This document shows, piece after piece, positions 24,701-39,200 of a stretch of 64,000 bases of DNA. Location of the stretch: contig NIVC01000740.1 in assembly GCA_002269645.1 (NCBI GenBank), forward strand, positions 62,001 to 126,000, written 5' to 3'. The notes under the pieces are model-generated. The model did not search any database and was not told where the DNA came from. It was given only the letters and a program-made list of their open reading frames with translations. The first letter of the stretch is position 1. The number at the start of each line of letters is the position of its first letter. The stretch is from Macrostomum lignano. Taxonomy: Eukaryota. A program made the translations under genes and the position numbers.

Positions 24701-27700
24701 CAGCAGATGGCGAAGATTGGACGGATTATTCTGACACTCACTCTGACACCCTCACTCTGACTTGAAGCATCCGCCCCGTTTTTTATTCTTTTTTCAAGCA
24801 TTTTTTAGTATCAAAATGGTCGGCCAGGTGATAGACGCTGGTCGAAAGACACTGCTCACTGGGGCAAAGGGTGACGGCTTTTCAGTGTTGCTGAGTATGT
24901 CACCGGTCTACCCCAATAGCTTTTTCTGGCGACGCGGCCCTGTCTGGCAAAATAACAATGTAGTAGTGATCACAGAATAGAAATGTCTAAAAATTTTATA
25001 CATTTCAACAATGTTACTTTTAGTAGGTTGAATCTCGATCCTGCGAATCGGCTGCGATTGTATAATGTGCAGTCAAGACTCAAGTCACATCACTACTGTT
25101 GCTGTACTAACTTACAACTAGTGAACTAGTGAGTCACTAGTTCGCTGCTGGTATGTTGCCATTGCCAAGCTGTGATAACAAGGAGTGCGAGTCGTGTGAG
25201 AGTCAGTTGAGAAAGTGAGACTGTTGCAGTGCTGTGCCGAGTGCTGAGATGTCTGAGAGACGGAGCGAACTGAAACTGTTAGCTGAACTGAAGCGAAGGG
25301 AGCGGAGTGGAATCAAGAGATGAGAATGAGATTGAGTTTAGATAAGGCTTCAGACGACTCCCCGCGTTTTTTGAAGTTTAGTTTCCCGGGCCCCGGGCCT
25401 ATCAATCATTGCAGACTTCAAAAAAAATTATTTTAACTTCCTATATACTAAAAATGAGTTATGCGATAGTTTTCAGAAAATCTCGTTCTCATTTTTACTC
25501 TAATGCATGCTCATGCCCGAATGCAATTCTATGAAAAGCAGTTCTCTGCCTGTCTGACTGACTAACTACTTACTGAATACTGACTAAGTTGCACTGGCAT
25601 TTGCAAGGGCTTCAATTTGCTTTGCTGGTTTGGCCAAAAATAAGTGTACAATTTAGTGTACAATGTACATGCAGAGACAGACATCTCGTTTTCTTGCCCC
25701 TCTTTCCTTTTTTTCAACTTGAGCGTGGACATTAGTCTTCTCTCTCCCCCAAGGCCCCGACCCCCACCCAAGCCTGGCTCTTTCCCTTCACAAGCTCTCT
25801 CCCTCCACACATGGCCGACACAGTGGGTCCGCGGGGGAGGGGTGAAAGCCCTCTCTGCGTGTACATTAATTTCACGCGCTTAAATCGATAATTTCTTACC
25901 CTCCACGACTTTGTACACAAAGCGTTGGCAATAGCAACCTCATATACCGCTCTTGTGCCTAAGAGCTTTACTATTGATTTCAGCGAGTTAGTAGCCTGGC
26001 CTCACCAACCACCCCTTTAACCCCTCCCTTTTTACTGCCGGCGCGCCCTGATAGCTGAAGGAAAGCTCTGTTGGATCTAAGCTGGAATTTGCAAGCTTGC
26101 TTTGAAAATGCACACGGCTCTCTTGCCTATCTTTTGCGTCCCAACCCAACAACACGTTTACAAGCGCGTCGAAAATTTCTTGTTTTCGCGGTCCGTCTTC
26201 AAGTTTCCCGAACAGTGTCTGTCTACATGGTGACTTATTGCTTAGATAGAATGACAATGATCTCTTAATTAAGAGAGCATTGGGAATGGATTTTTATGAA
26301 ATGGATTTGATTCAAAGTTAAGGCGTTTTAAGTTGGTTAGAATGCATCAATCTACTCCAGCTTCCCACAACTACGGCAGAGATTTACTTCATCTGAGATG
26401 GTTTGAGACTGACAAGTGACAAGTCTTTAAATTAGGTTCAGTTCAGTTTCAAGAGTCGAAATCTGCTTTCGTAGGTCCCGTTACCCATTGCCCTTAGACA
26501 GTGTTTCAATGAACTGCATTTCATTCGAATTCTCAGGCTAATGATTGAAGTCTGGAGAGTTTAGCAGGTGTCATGCTAACCCCATTTTGTCCAATGGGCT
26601 TAGAATGACTTTAAGATAGAACTGTTGGATTATGACTGTTACAGCCAATGAGTCCAGTGAATTTAGTAGAGAATAGAGCTTCGACCCTAGACTAGACCAA
26701 GGAGTACAGAGTAGTAATCCATGGCTTAGTCTTAAGATTCAGACTCTAGGTCTTTCTTGGGTGGAATAGATATTTTTTAGTCTCCTTCCTTTCCTAGTTT
26801 TCTCTAAGTTTTTTAACTCCGAATACATGGTAAGTGAATCCCACGAATCCTGAAGAATTTAGCTTACAATTACAACCTGCTTATCAGTATTACAATTGTA
26901 TGCGTAATGTATATATCCGCAGTAGTTAGCTAGCTGCTGTTTGTTTGGTTATGCTGTTTGCATAGACAGTAAGTGCTACCAGCTACCAGAGTATTGCAAA
27001 TCTAGTGGTATTTTCTAGCTCATGATAAGTAATAGACATGGTTAAATTGAAAACAAACGAATACTTGAGTAATGCAAGCGTTTTAAGGACATTTTCTGTA
27101 AGATTAGTGTCATAAGCTCAAATGTGTCTACTTAGTGACAGTAGTAGTATGTGGATAGATTCATAAAATTTGAATAAAAGCATTCGTTTGTTTACTTAAA
27201 AAATTTAACGACAATCTTTTCAGCATAGCTTTTTATCGATTTTTACCATAGACTATTCTAGAACGAAAGCTGACGTGGCACTTAAGTCTCTAGCTCTAGA
27301 CTTTCCCTCGTCCCTCCCCTTCCTTCCCGCACTAGTGCATCCTTCAGTCCACTAAGCTAAGTTTTTTCTTCTCTGCTTAAAACACAAGAGCCGAGGCCAA
27401 GCAACTGTCAAGTTTTTTTTAAATCTGTCAGACTTAGCATTGCAGCTCCTCTTTTCCAACTTTCAACACGGTACAAGTAACCAAGCGTAGCGGACAAAAA
27501 GAATGCAGTTGGCAAGACTTACTGTTAGCTAATAAAAAGAATGTTCACATGGTAAAATTGTGTCCGAGGGTTCGTTCGCCAAAATTTTAAGTCACCAGGT
27601 TCTGTTTTAACAAACCCGATCTCCCTGTGACCCGAGCCGTCGTGCAGCGTTTCAATTCAACAGTGCACCGTCTGCAACCAAAACTAACATTGGCCATTCG

Positions 27701-28451
27701 GGACGGCATAGCAACAAGAGGACGCCCGGCGCGTTTGTATTTGATTTTATATTGCAGGCAACGTGTGATGCGTATTATGTAAATTAATGATCTTATGGTG
27801 AATATTATTAAGTTAACTTATTGCTCTAAGTACTTCTGAATTCCATTCAACTCTAATATTCCCCCTTGCCTACTCTGAGTACTTTCAGTATCATCCTATC
27901 ATGATGTCATTGATTCATCAATAATCCTCTCTTAAGCTCTTCCAGTTCCCGTCTTTGAATGAATATAATTCATTATTGATCGAATGTTGTTTAAAATTTA
28001 AGCTTGAGCTAATTTTAGAATCTCGAAATTAGATAACAGCACTATTTCTTGCAAAGCTCATCTCTTCTCTCGAATCTCCGTACACTTCTCTGAGTCTCTC
28101 TCGTCTGTCCCTCTCTCGAATTTGAAATTGACCCCTGTACGTGTCTGAATTGGAAATGTCTATTTGGTAGCATGCCATGTATAACAACCATAAGTTAAGT
28201 AGACACAGTATAGCTACTGGCGCCATCTTGGAAATGTATTGTGCAAGTGTATAGGTATCTTGACTTTATCGAGCAGTTTGGATAGACTTGTAAATGTTAT
28301 TATTTTACTGATAGTAGGATATCAATCATAGATAGTTAAAGATGTCGCATATGAAATTTATCTATGAGTTGTGTCGGTGTAAGTGGCTTAATTATTGATC
28401 AAATGTTGTTCATACTTTAAGCTTGAGCCAGGCTTGTAAGCTATACGTGGC

Positions 28452-29345
28452 TCTGAAGCCACCTCAGACCTTCAGGCTCTGAAGGCACCTCTGATCATCA
28501 GGCTCTGAAGCCACCTTCTCTGATCCTCAGGCTCTGAAGCCACCTTCTAAGATCCTCAGGCTCTGAAGCCACCTTCTCTGATCCTCAGGCTCTGAAGCCA
28601 CCTCTGATCATCAGGCTCTGAAGCCACCTCTGATCATCAGGCTCTGAAGCCACCTTCTCTGATCCTCAGGCTCTGAAGCCACCTTCTCTGATCCTCAGGC
28701 TCTGAAGCCACCTTCTAAGATCCTCAGGCTCTGAAGCCACCTTCTCTGATCCTCAGGCTCTGAAGCCACCTCTGATCATCAGGCTCTGAAGCCACCTCTG
28801 ATCATCAGGCTCTGAAGCCACCTTCTATGATCCTCAGGCTCTGAAGCCACCTTCTCTGATCCTCAGGCTCTGAAGCCACCTTCTAAGATCCTCAGGCTCT
28901 GAAGCCACCTTCTAAGATCCTCAGGCTCTGAAGCCACCTTCTAAGATCCTCAGGCTCTGAAGCCACCTCTGATCATCAGGCTCTGAAGCCACCTCTGATC
29001 ATCAGGCTCTAAAGCCACCTCTGATCATCAGGCTCTGAAGCCACCTCTGATCATCAGGCTCTAAAGCCACCTCTGATCATCAGGCTCTGAAGCCACCTCT
29101 GATCATTAGGCTCGGAAGCCACTTTCTCTGGTCATCAGGCTCTGACTGAAGCCTTTTTCTCTGATCATCAGGCTCTGAAGCCATCTTCTCAGATCCTCAG
29201 GCTCTGAAGCCACCTTCTAAGATCCTCAGGCTCTGAAGCCACCTTCTCTGATCCTCATGCTGAGAAGCCACCTTCTAAGATCCTCAGGCTCTGAAGCCAC
29301 CTCTGATCATCACTCCCTGAGCCACCTCACATTTTCATGCTCTAA
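28452..29345. repeat. 26-29-bp minisatellite (TCAGGCTCTGAAGCCACCTTCTCTGATCC variants)
   Basis: Direct reading; lies ~250 bp upstream of the ZC3H4-like ATG. Confidence 0.95.
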
Positions 29346-29595
29346 AGCCACCTTCTCTGATCCTCTCGGGCTCTAAAGCCACCTTTGAGATTTTCATGCT
29401 CTGTATAGCCATCATACTAGATCTTGAGGCCCCGAAGCAACTCAAGCCACCCATAATTTGTTTTGGTTTGTCATATATTTTTGTTACTTAACAATGATAT
29501 TATTTCTAATGCTCCTAATTTTAATAAATACGAAAATTACTACGTGGTATGCATTAACGTTTCAGGCCAAGCTGTTAATTTTGTTTCAATAAAAG

Positions 29596-32500
29596 ATGAG
29601 TAAAACAGAGGACCAGGAATCTGCAGTCGACTATGAGGAAGGCGAAATCAGCGACGACGGCGAGGATGAGACTGCAGTAGCGCCAGAGTCTGCGGCTAAC
29701 GTCAGAGAAATGCCTGCTACTCAACCTGCCCAAGCTGATCTAGAGACTGCGACATCGGTCGCTCACGGAATCGCTTCGCCCGGCTCGCAGGCTGCCTCAA
29801 CAGCTAAAGGATTCGACGACACCGAGAAGCGTCGTCATCATAAAAGCAGCAAACGGAAGAAGAAACAGCACAGGCGTCGGCATTCTAGTAACGACAGCGA
29901 AGCGGATAGACCGGCCTACGATGGGCATCAAGTGGTGCCTACGAAAAGAAGAAAGGTACGAAGTGCATGTAAAAAGGTTTTGTGTCATTTGAACTTAACT
30001 AAGCATGCTACCCTCACCCAAACGCAGAGAAAACACGCAGCGTACGTTGATCATGACATGCCGCAACTGTCAGAAGATTTTGCCAACGAGAATTCGCCGC
30101 TAGATAACGACTACTTCAGTCCGACGTCAGGTTCAGTATACGATCGCTACTCACCGGAGCAGCCGCAGTACGACAGCATTAACAGACCGCCAATAGGCGC
30201 TATGCAAAGTTCTCAAGCGCTATTATCTTCGTCAGGCGGTGACAGCGAATCGATGCGTCGCCGTATGATGATGCTACCTAGAAGACCGCAGCATCACCCG
30301 AACGGTGCTAGTAATGCGACTAACATCTACGACCAACCGGATGTTGATGATGTACGCGTCAACGACGCGGCGTCTCCAGGCGGCGTGGAGGCGGATGACG
30401 GCAACGGCGTGGGAGATGGCGTCGACTATTACTACGACGATGCCAACGAAGAATTCGGCGTCGGCGGTAGGCAGCAGAATTTTGCTCATCATCAGCGTCA
30501 GCACGGCTTACACAGTCAGTCGGCATATTCGTCGGGCAAACGTGGCAAACAGCGAGGCGGTGGTGGTAGCCGCCGGGGTCATCAAGCTACCGGACCGTGG
30601 CAGCAGCAGCAGCGGCAGGATCAGCAGCAACAATTGCTAGATGCCGATCCCGAGGATCAACAAGCCGAAAAGCCGCGTTGCAAATACTATATGGAGGGTC
30701 GCTGCGGCAAGGTAATTCATTTTGATTGACAAAAATTAAGCTTAGCTCCAGTGCATTCCGCTGTGTGCTGTATCAGACTCGGACATGTTTTTTACTCGTA
30801 TTATTATAAAATCAGCACTATGCATTTATGTGCATTTAATATATATATTTACACACTTTAATTATTGACAGGGCAATCTGAATCACTCTGTTTTTGTTGT
30901 TCTACCTTACTTTACAGTCCGACAACTGTCCGTTTAGTCACGACTTCAAGCCGCCGCGGAAACGCGAAGTATGCAAATTCTACGCCTTGTCCAGCTGTCT
31001 AAAAGGGGAATATTGCTTATACATGCACGACGATTTTCCGTGCAAATTCTATCACATGCACAACTCGTGCAAGATGGCGGCCAGTTGCAAGTTTTCGCAC
31101 GATCCTCTAACTAATGAGACTAAAAATATTCTGCATCGATTTGTGGAGGAACAGGTGCGTTATAGATCACTGGTGATGTCTAAATCCAGATAAACTTATG
31201 AGGCATGGCTTACTAAGAGCTTGATGAAATTTAGTCACTTTTAAGAGAAGCAGTATGAATTCAAGTAAGTTATAGACAGCTATCTAGCGGTTTCAGGGAG
31301 TGTATTTCGATCAGGCTAAAGTCTCTAATGTTTTATCTGTCACTGGGGAGGGGTATTTTTCATCAAATGCTGACCAGTGGACTCTTGATAATGAAATGGC
31401 TTTTTTCGTTGACGAATTTTATATTTTACGAGATAAGCATTTATACATGTAAGTATTTTACCCGATAATAATGGGGATTCTTGCTGTCAGCGTCGTTAGT
31501 GTAATTAAGCAGCTTAACTACTACTTTTAGACAGCCTCACGCCCGTTACTTTATTTACAAACCCTTAGATTGTTTTATCCAAGTCGCAGGTGAAAAAAAT
31601 TGATTAAAATTGCCCGTCTTGTGAGCTCTCGAGGCAAGCTCAGATTTAAGCCTGGAAGACGCGTTCTGTGACGCAGTAGCTTTTTTACTTTACCCCACCA
31701 CGAGTTTCAAATGTTGCTGTCGTTCAGGATTAAATCTGCCTATATAGAAATCACTTTAAGTAGATGGAATTATTTATTGCACCGATGTGAAAACCCATTT
31801 AATAATAAATTTATCAAGAAATATTTTGGGAAACCCAGTGTATGTGAAGTGGGGGTTCAGTTCAATTATCCAAATCACCAGTTCAAACTTTCAAAGTAGG
31901 CTTTCTAAATATTTAATTTACATAAGTAACTCCAGATCTTGTGTTAGACTTGATTTCCTTTGCATCCTAGATGAAAGTGTAGATCAGAATCTGTGATAAG
32001 CCATGCAGTTTCTTTTTAAGTATTATTAAGCTATTCAATTTCAAAGAGAATTTGAAAGATTCAGTAGCTTCTCCACTACTTCAAAACTATCCGGTTTTTG
32101 TATTCTAAAAGCTTAATTATTGATCCGATATTAAAAGTCTTATTTTAAGGTCAATAGTTTTCTTTTTAACTTTGCCACATAGTTCTCATAGTTCTCTAAT
32201 AAAAAAATTGCTTTTTCTCTTTTATAACTCGGCCATACTGCTACTGTTTTCATTACTTATTGGCTTCATGCTCCGATTAGGTGGGGGGAAGCGTATTGTA
32301 AGCTAGAAATTTCAAAACTTTGTAGCTATTGTCAAAAAGTTGCCTGTCACTTTCAAAAGCTCGAAACCTCATGTCCTTGAAGAGAAAAAGTCTTGCCAGT
32401 TACTTCACCCAGCTCACAGCATTAATTATTTCGACGATATTAAATTAACAGCTCGTGAAAGCGACCAGTAGTCACTGTTTGAGTCGAATTTACTCGAACA

Positions 32501-35500
32501 GCTTCTAAACGACTTGCAAGGATTCCTTTGATTTCAATGCTTTAAAATGGACAACGTACTAGTAACCTGGTTGGTTGAGCTGCTGCCTCTGAATCATTTT
32601 GCCAGTAATTCTGTTTTGACTTGCATTTATACTTTATAGGCGTTCTGAAATCGAATTCTGGACTTGATTTCCTGGCTCGACTTCCAAACACAGAGCTTTT
32701 AAAAAATATTAACGCAACGAATTTTACCATTTCTGTTTTCTACTCGTATTTAGCGTATCTGTCTAACGCGTCTTTGAGTCATTCTCTGTGACTCTGGCAG
32801 CGCTAGTTCAACCGTCAAACTCCAACAGTTAATTTCTATGAAGCCCTAGCTTTCTTTCTAATTCGCCCTCCCACCTGTCGCACGGAAAGGATTTCATCGA
32901 TAGCAGCGTTACAACTGCGCCAGCTGACTTTGGCACCGCCAAATTCTTGCCCGACTTCGCTTTGCGCAATGTGAGGAGAATCTTGCGGAAAAAAATTCCG
33001 ACGCAAACCAAAGTTGATTTGTTAGTTGATTTTCGTGTTAATACAGTTAGTTACCTTCCAGTAAAACTTGCTAGGGCAAGCAGGAGGGCCGTAGCCTGGT
33101 GGTCTATCGCGGTCCTCTTATATGATGTGCCAGCGGCCCAGGCTCGATTCCAAGTGCAGTCGCATTAATTTGGGCCTAAACTGGAATCTCGGCTTGGCTC
33201 TGCTCATGCAATTAACGGCCTTGAGGGCCAACCCCCAAGGCACAGTGAAGTGTACATGCCTAACGATAAATAAAGTTAGGGCTGCTGTGCACTCCTGTGT
33301 GTGAGTGTGTGCCTGCGCGTATGACTGCGTACGTATCCGCGCGCTTGTGTGCCTGCTCAGGGGAGTCGGCGGAATGGGCAGTAATGCCTCTCGCCGGTTG
33401 TTTGACAATGTCGCTTAAAGTGCGATATCAGGAGCGCAGATTTTGCCTTTTGCTTCTGCATTGGGTCTTTAAAACAAACAATAAGTTCAACAGAAAGTTG
33501 ATCAGAGTATTATAGGATGAGAAATAATTTTCTAAACTAAACTTATTGTTGAGTGTTTATTAAAGGTTTTACATGTTTGCATCATAATGTTGGTTGGTTC
33601 TTGCTATTAGAAGTAATCGATGCCTTGATCTGTCTTCTATCTATCTAACTCGTTATTCCCCGCCGTCAAATAAATTGCTTTACAGCCATTCGCACTTAAC
33701 GAGGATGACAAGGAGGAATTGGCGCATCAGCACAGTCTAGCCGAAGCTGAACGATTCAAAAGTTTGCTTGGTAAGTTGTGTGCCTCTTGCGTGCTGTTTG
33801 TGATTGACTTGTATAATGTTTGCGTGTGTGACGAGTGATCTCTGAAGACCGAACTAAATGCAGGTGTAGTGGTTGCTGTCGTGGAATGAAACTAAAATGC
33901 TGCCAAATGAGCTTTTAGAAGCAAAGAATATTAAATAATATTTTCACTTTCTCCAGGTGTGCCAACTTCATCGGCGCCGAACTCCAGTCAATCGCATCAC
34001 CATCAGCAGCCGCCAGTATCAATACTTAGTCAGCAACAGCTGGGCAGCAGCTCAAATGACGCTGGCGGGGCAGCCACTTTCAGGTGAGAAGGAATGCATC
34101 TCATGCATTAATTTAGCCTGCAATTTAATGAACAATCGGTGCCTTGGGGGTAATGGTTAGGGATAAAGGAGGGTATTATAGCTTAAAACGCCAAGTGAAG
34201 ACTGAATGCTGGTATATGTCAAGATAATAATTTGTTTTCCAGTCTGGAGTGGAAAGCCTTTGTAGTTTTCTATGAATATGACATATGATTATACTGTTTT
34301 TCGAATCATTCTCATTGCAAATTGGAGCTTTGAAGCCTCTTTGTCCAGGCAACCCTCCCATTCACCATAACCTGTGCGGCTGTTGCTGTGCGGAAGTGAA
34401 AATCCTGCAAAGGCCCAATAGATCTAGCAGCAGTGAATCAAAAGCAGTGCACAGATGAATGTTAATCAATGCCCATCATATATGGTCTGGCCTAGAGTTT
34501 GTCTATTGATTTAAGAAAGAACAGCCATAAGCCGCGCAACCTTCTATCTTTGTTCCGGCAGAAGTTCATTATAAATTTTCTGACTTTAAAAGACAAAAAA
34601 GTCTTTAATCTTCTGCGTCCCGATTTTTTAAATCTTCTTTTGATTGACGAAGCAAAGTTTCTCCATTGGATTAATCTCCTTCATTTACTAAAAGCAACCT
34701 TGGAAGTTGCGTCGCCCAGCAACTAAACCAGCAGCCGCCTGTAGGAGGAATGTCCGAAGTTGATTCAAATAGCAGCAGAGTCGCTATTTGTGGCGCCGAA
34801 ATTTTATCTGAGTCGAATTGGCCAAGGCCCATGCAGCTGCATTCGGCGAGGGGCCTGCCTATCCGTATGCCCCCTGCGCCCCCTCTGCCCCCCGCGCCTC
34901 TGATCCGCCCGCTCATGATGCTAGTGTGAGGATGAAGAAAAGATTTACATTGTTATTTGTGTTCTTGAAGTTAAAAATATGTTAACGTTTCTCTGTTTAA
35001 TTATCATATACCAGTTGACGCTTTTGAAGGTTCATTTCTCATCATGGGCGCTCCGTCTGAGTTGCAGGCTTTTTACTAAACCTGTCTCCATTCTGCCATT
35101 TAACTCGCTGCTCTTCACTCACCTCACTCCTTCACCAACTCGATCCTCACCGACTCATTCACTCACCTCACTCCTTCACCAACTCGATCCTCACCGACTC
35201 ATTCACTCACCTCACTCCTTCACCAACTCGATCCTCACCGACTCATTCACTCACCTCACTCCTTCACCAACTCGATCCTCACCGACTCATTCACTCACCT
35301 CACTCCTTCACCAACTCGATCCTCACCGACTCGTTCACTCACCTCACTCCTTCACCAACTCGATCCTCACCGACTCGTTCACTCACCTCACTCCTTCACC
35401 AACTCGATCCTCACCGACTCATTCACTCACCTCACTCCTTCACCAACTCGATCCTCACCGACTCATTCACTCACCTCACTCCTTCACCAACTCGATCCTC

Positions 35501-36174
35501 ACCGACTCATTCACTCACCTCACTCCTTCACCAACTCGATCCTCACCGACTCATTCACTCACCTCACTCCTTCACCAACTCGATCCTCACCGACTCATTC
35601 ACTCACCTCACTCCTTCACCAACTCGATCCTCACCGACTCATTCACTCACCTCACTCCTTCACCAACTCGATCCTCACCGACTCATTCACTCACCTCACT
35701 CCTTCACCAACTCGATCCTCACCGACTCATTCACTCACCTCACTCCTTCACCAACTCGATCCTCACCGACTCATTCACTCATTCACCGACTCATTCAATT
35801 TTGCATTTCAGGCCGCCGCATCAGAATCCGCCGCATACGTCGACAGCACTGCTAGGCAGCTTCTCACAGCCGCCGCCGCCGCCGACACAGCCGCATCCGC
35901 AGCCACCGCCGCTCATTCCGCCTTCATCGATTCACCAGCAACGGCCGCCGCCGCCGCAGCCGCAGCCGCCAGCAATCGGCAGCCTATTTGCGCCCAACCG
36001 GATGCAATACTTCCGCAATGTGCCGCCGCCGCCAATGGCCGGATCTGGCGGCGGTTTGCCTCCAATCGGCCTGTCCGGCTTTCATCCGAATCCGCTGATG
36101 CCGCATCATCAGCGAGCTCAAATGCCGCCGAATCATTTTGGTCACCCACCTCCGCCTCCGCCAGGCGCTTACAT

Positions 36175-36206
<32 letters not shown>

Positions 36207-39200
36207 CTTCCACCCCGTCTGGTGTAAGCGGCATGACCGAAGACGCCGCTTTGAATGCCGTTGCCAGCTTGCTCAAAGACATGATCAAAGGCAACGCAAC
36301 CGTCTCTTCAAGCGCGGCCGACAGTGAAGTGTCTGATCGAGCTGCAGCGGATGCCGCCGATCTGTTTGAGCTCAGCGAGTTTCGTCGGCCGCCGCCACCA
36401 GCTAGCGCTGCGGTGAGGCTTGATCTGTTGCTGCACAACTTTCCCCCAGGCACACTGATATATCGATCCCTTCATCCTCCACTTCTACTCCTGCACCAAC
36501 TTCACTTCTCTGCACCCGCCTCACTCCTCTGTACCCACCTCACTCCCCTGCACCCATCTCACTCCCCTGCACCCATCTCACTCCCCTGCACCCACCTCAC
36601 TCCCCTGCACCCATCTCACTCCCCTGCACCCACCTCACTCCCCTGCACCCACCTCACTCCCCTGCACCCACCTCACTCCCCTGCACCCACCTCACTCCCC
36701 TGCACCCACCTCACTCCCCTGCACCCACCTCACTCCCCTGCACCCGCCTCACTCCCCTGCACCCACCTCACTCCGCTGTACCCACCTCACTCCCCTGCAC
36801 CCACCTCACTCCCTTGCACCCACCTCACTCCCCTGCACCCACCTCACTCCCCTGCACCCACCTCACTCCCCTGCACCCACCCCACTCCCCTGCACCCACC
36901 TCACTCCCCTGCACCCACCCCACTCCCCTGCACCCACCTCACTCCCCTGCACCCACCTCACTCCCCTGCACCCACCTCACTCCCCTGCACCCGCCTCACT
37001 CCCCTGCACCCACCTCACTTCGCTGTACCCACCTCACTCCCCTGCACCCACCTAACTCCCCTGCACCCACCTCACTCCCCTGCACCCACCCCACTCCCCT
37101 GCACCCACCTCACTCCCCTGCACCCACCCCACTCCCCTGCACCCACCTCACTCCCTTGCACCCACCCACTCCCCTGCACCCACCCCACTCCCCTGCACCC
37201 ACCTCACTCCCTTGCACCCACCCCACTCCCCTGCACCCACCTCACTCCCCTGCACCCACCCCACTCCCCTGCACCCACCTCACTCCCCTGCACCCACCCC
37301 ACTCCCCTGCACCCACCTCACTCCCCTGCACCCACCCCACTCCCCTGCACCCACCCCACTCCCCTGCACCCACCTCACTCCGCTCCGTGGTATACGCTTC
37401 CGACTCTTGCGTCACGACGTGCGGTTCACTCCTATTGAAGGCCATCCCCAAAGCACAGTAGATTGTACATGCCTGACGATTTGAAAGTCGGGGCCGCTGT
37501 GCCTGTACACAGTGATGGTGCGCTTGTATGTTCTCAGGAATGGGCAGAATTGCCTCAGCACTGGCAGTGGTACGATTCCGCCAATTTGAAATCGTTGCGT
37601 CAGGGTGCGTTCGCGCAGCCCTTCTGTAAAAGTTTAGAATTTACTTGATATAACCTGGACTTTCCTTCAATATCTCACTCATTCTCAGTCTCTAATGATG
37701 CAGCTTATTGCCTCTTATTATTAGTTACCGAGCTTCGAAGTCCAGCCTCCCCTTTTACTCTGCTTGCGTTCCGTTTTATCTTTAAAAAATTTGCTTCCTG
37801 TTTAATTATTTCATCAAAATCTGAGCTGGCGCAGAAAGGCCAGCCACCTGTGGCTTCCGCTTGGCTGCCCCTGTTTGGACAATGCGATGCATATTAGTCA
37901 ATAATTTGCTTGCCCCGGGAAGACTGGGGAAAGGGAAATGATCTTTCTCCTCTCTTCCTCACGATCGGCTTTACAAAGTCTCCAAAAAAATGCTTCTTTT
38001 TTGCAGAAAAACCCCAGCCCATTCAGCCAGAATCAGCAGCTGCACACCGCGCAGTCCGCGTCTGCCGGCTCTTCAATGACCGGAACTGGACCGGAAGTGA
38101 CTGCCGCACCTGCCGCCTACAGACCCTCGGTGAGTGCAGTGCTTGTTTTTTATAGCCAAGTGTCCAGATGTTATGTCGATACGCCCCAATGCCATGTACT
38201 TTCAATCCCAATCTGAGTTTCTAGATCATGGCTTCCATATTAGAAACCCCATTCCCACATTAGAAACCACATTCCCACATTAGAAATCCCATTCCCACAT
38301 TAGGAATCCCATTCCCAGATTAGGAATCCCATTCCCACATTAGAAACCCCATTCCCACATTAGGAATCCCATTCCCACATTAGAAACCCCATTCCCACAT
38401 TAAAAATCCCATTTCTGTATTAGAAATCCCATTCCCACATTAGGAATCCCATTCCCACATTAGGAACCCCATTCCCACATTAGGAATCCCATTCCCACAT
38501 TAGAAACCCCATTCCCACATTAAAAATCCCATTTCTGTATTAGAAATCCCATTCCCACATTAGGAATCCCATTCCCACATTAGGAATCCCATTCCCACAT
38601 TAGGAATCCCATTCCCACATTAGAAACCCCATTCCCACATTAAAAATCCCATTTCTGTATTAGAAATCCCATTCCCACATTAGGAATCCCATGCCCACAT
38701 TAGGAATCCCATTCCCAAATAAGAAATCCCATTCCCACATTAGGAATCCCATTCCCACATTAGGAATCCCATTCCCACATTAGAAATCCCATTCCCACAT
38801 TAGGAATCCCATTCCCACATTAGGAATCCCATTCCCACATTAGGAATCCCATTCCCACATTAGGAATCCCATTCCCACATTAAAAATCCCATTTCTATAC
38901 TAGAAATCCCAATTCTTGACATTCAAAAGCCCAGTTTTTACATTCAAAATCCCTATAATATTTGCTTAATTTGCCCATTCACCAAATGCAGCTGCAGCCT
39001 CCCACGGCCGAATCTGCCCAGTCTCCCCAGTCTCAGCCTGCGTCTCCGCCGCCGCCGCCGCCGCCGCAGCCGCAGCCACAGCAGCAGCAGCAGCAGCAGC
39101 AAAAGCCTCCTTCGCTACTCAGCCGGCAATTCTCGCGCCCCTACAAATGGAAGCTGGTGCCAATCGATGCACTAAAAAAGGTGCCGTACCCGTTGATGAA

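Noticed and set aside
25988-26257. 89-aa minus-strand ORF
   Set aside because: No recognisable domain and no supporting neighbouring exons.
33086-33160. Functional tRNA gene
   Set aside because: A and B boxes are present, but there is no closed cloverleaf or acceptor stem and it continues into a repeated SINE body.
34979-37438. 819-aa ORF as a single protein
   Set aside because: Only 35812-36412 is exon, with clear splice sites. The rest is stop-free 44-bp and 19-bp minisatellite.
37463-37648. Possible extra ZC3H4 exon (EWAELPQHWQW...)
   Set aside because: It overlaps the SINE body, its donor phase does not fit, and 36412 joins 38007 in frame without it.
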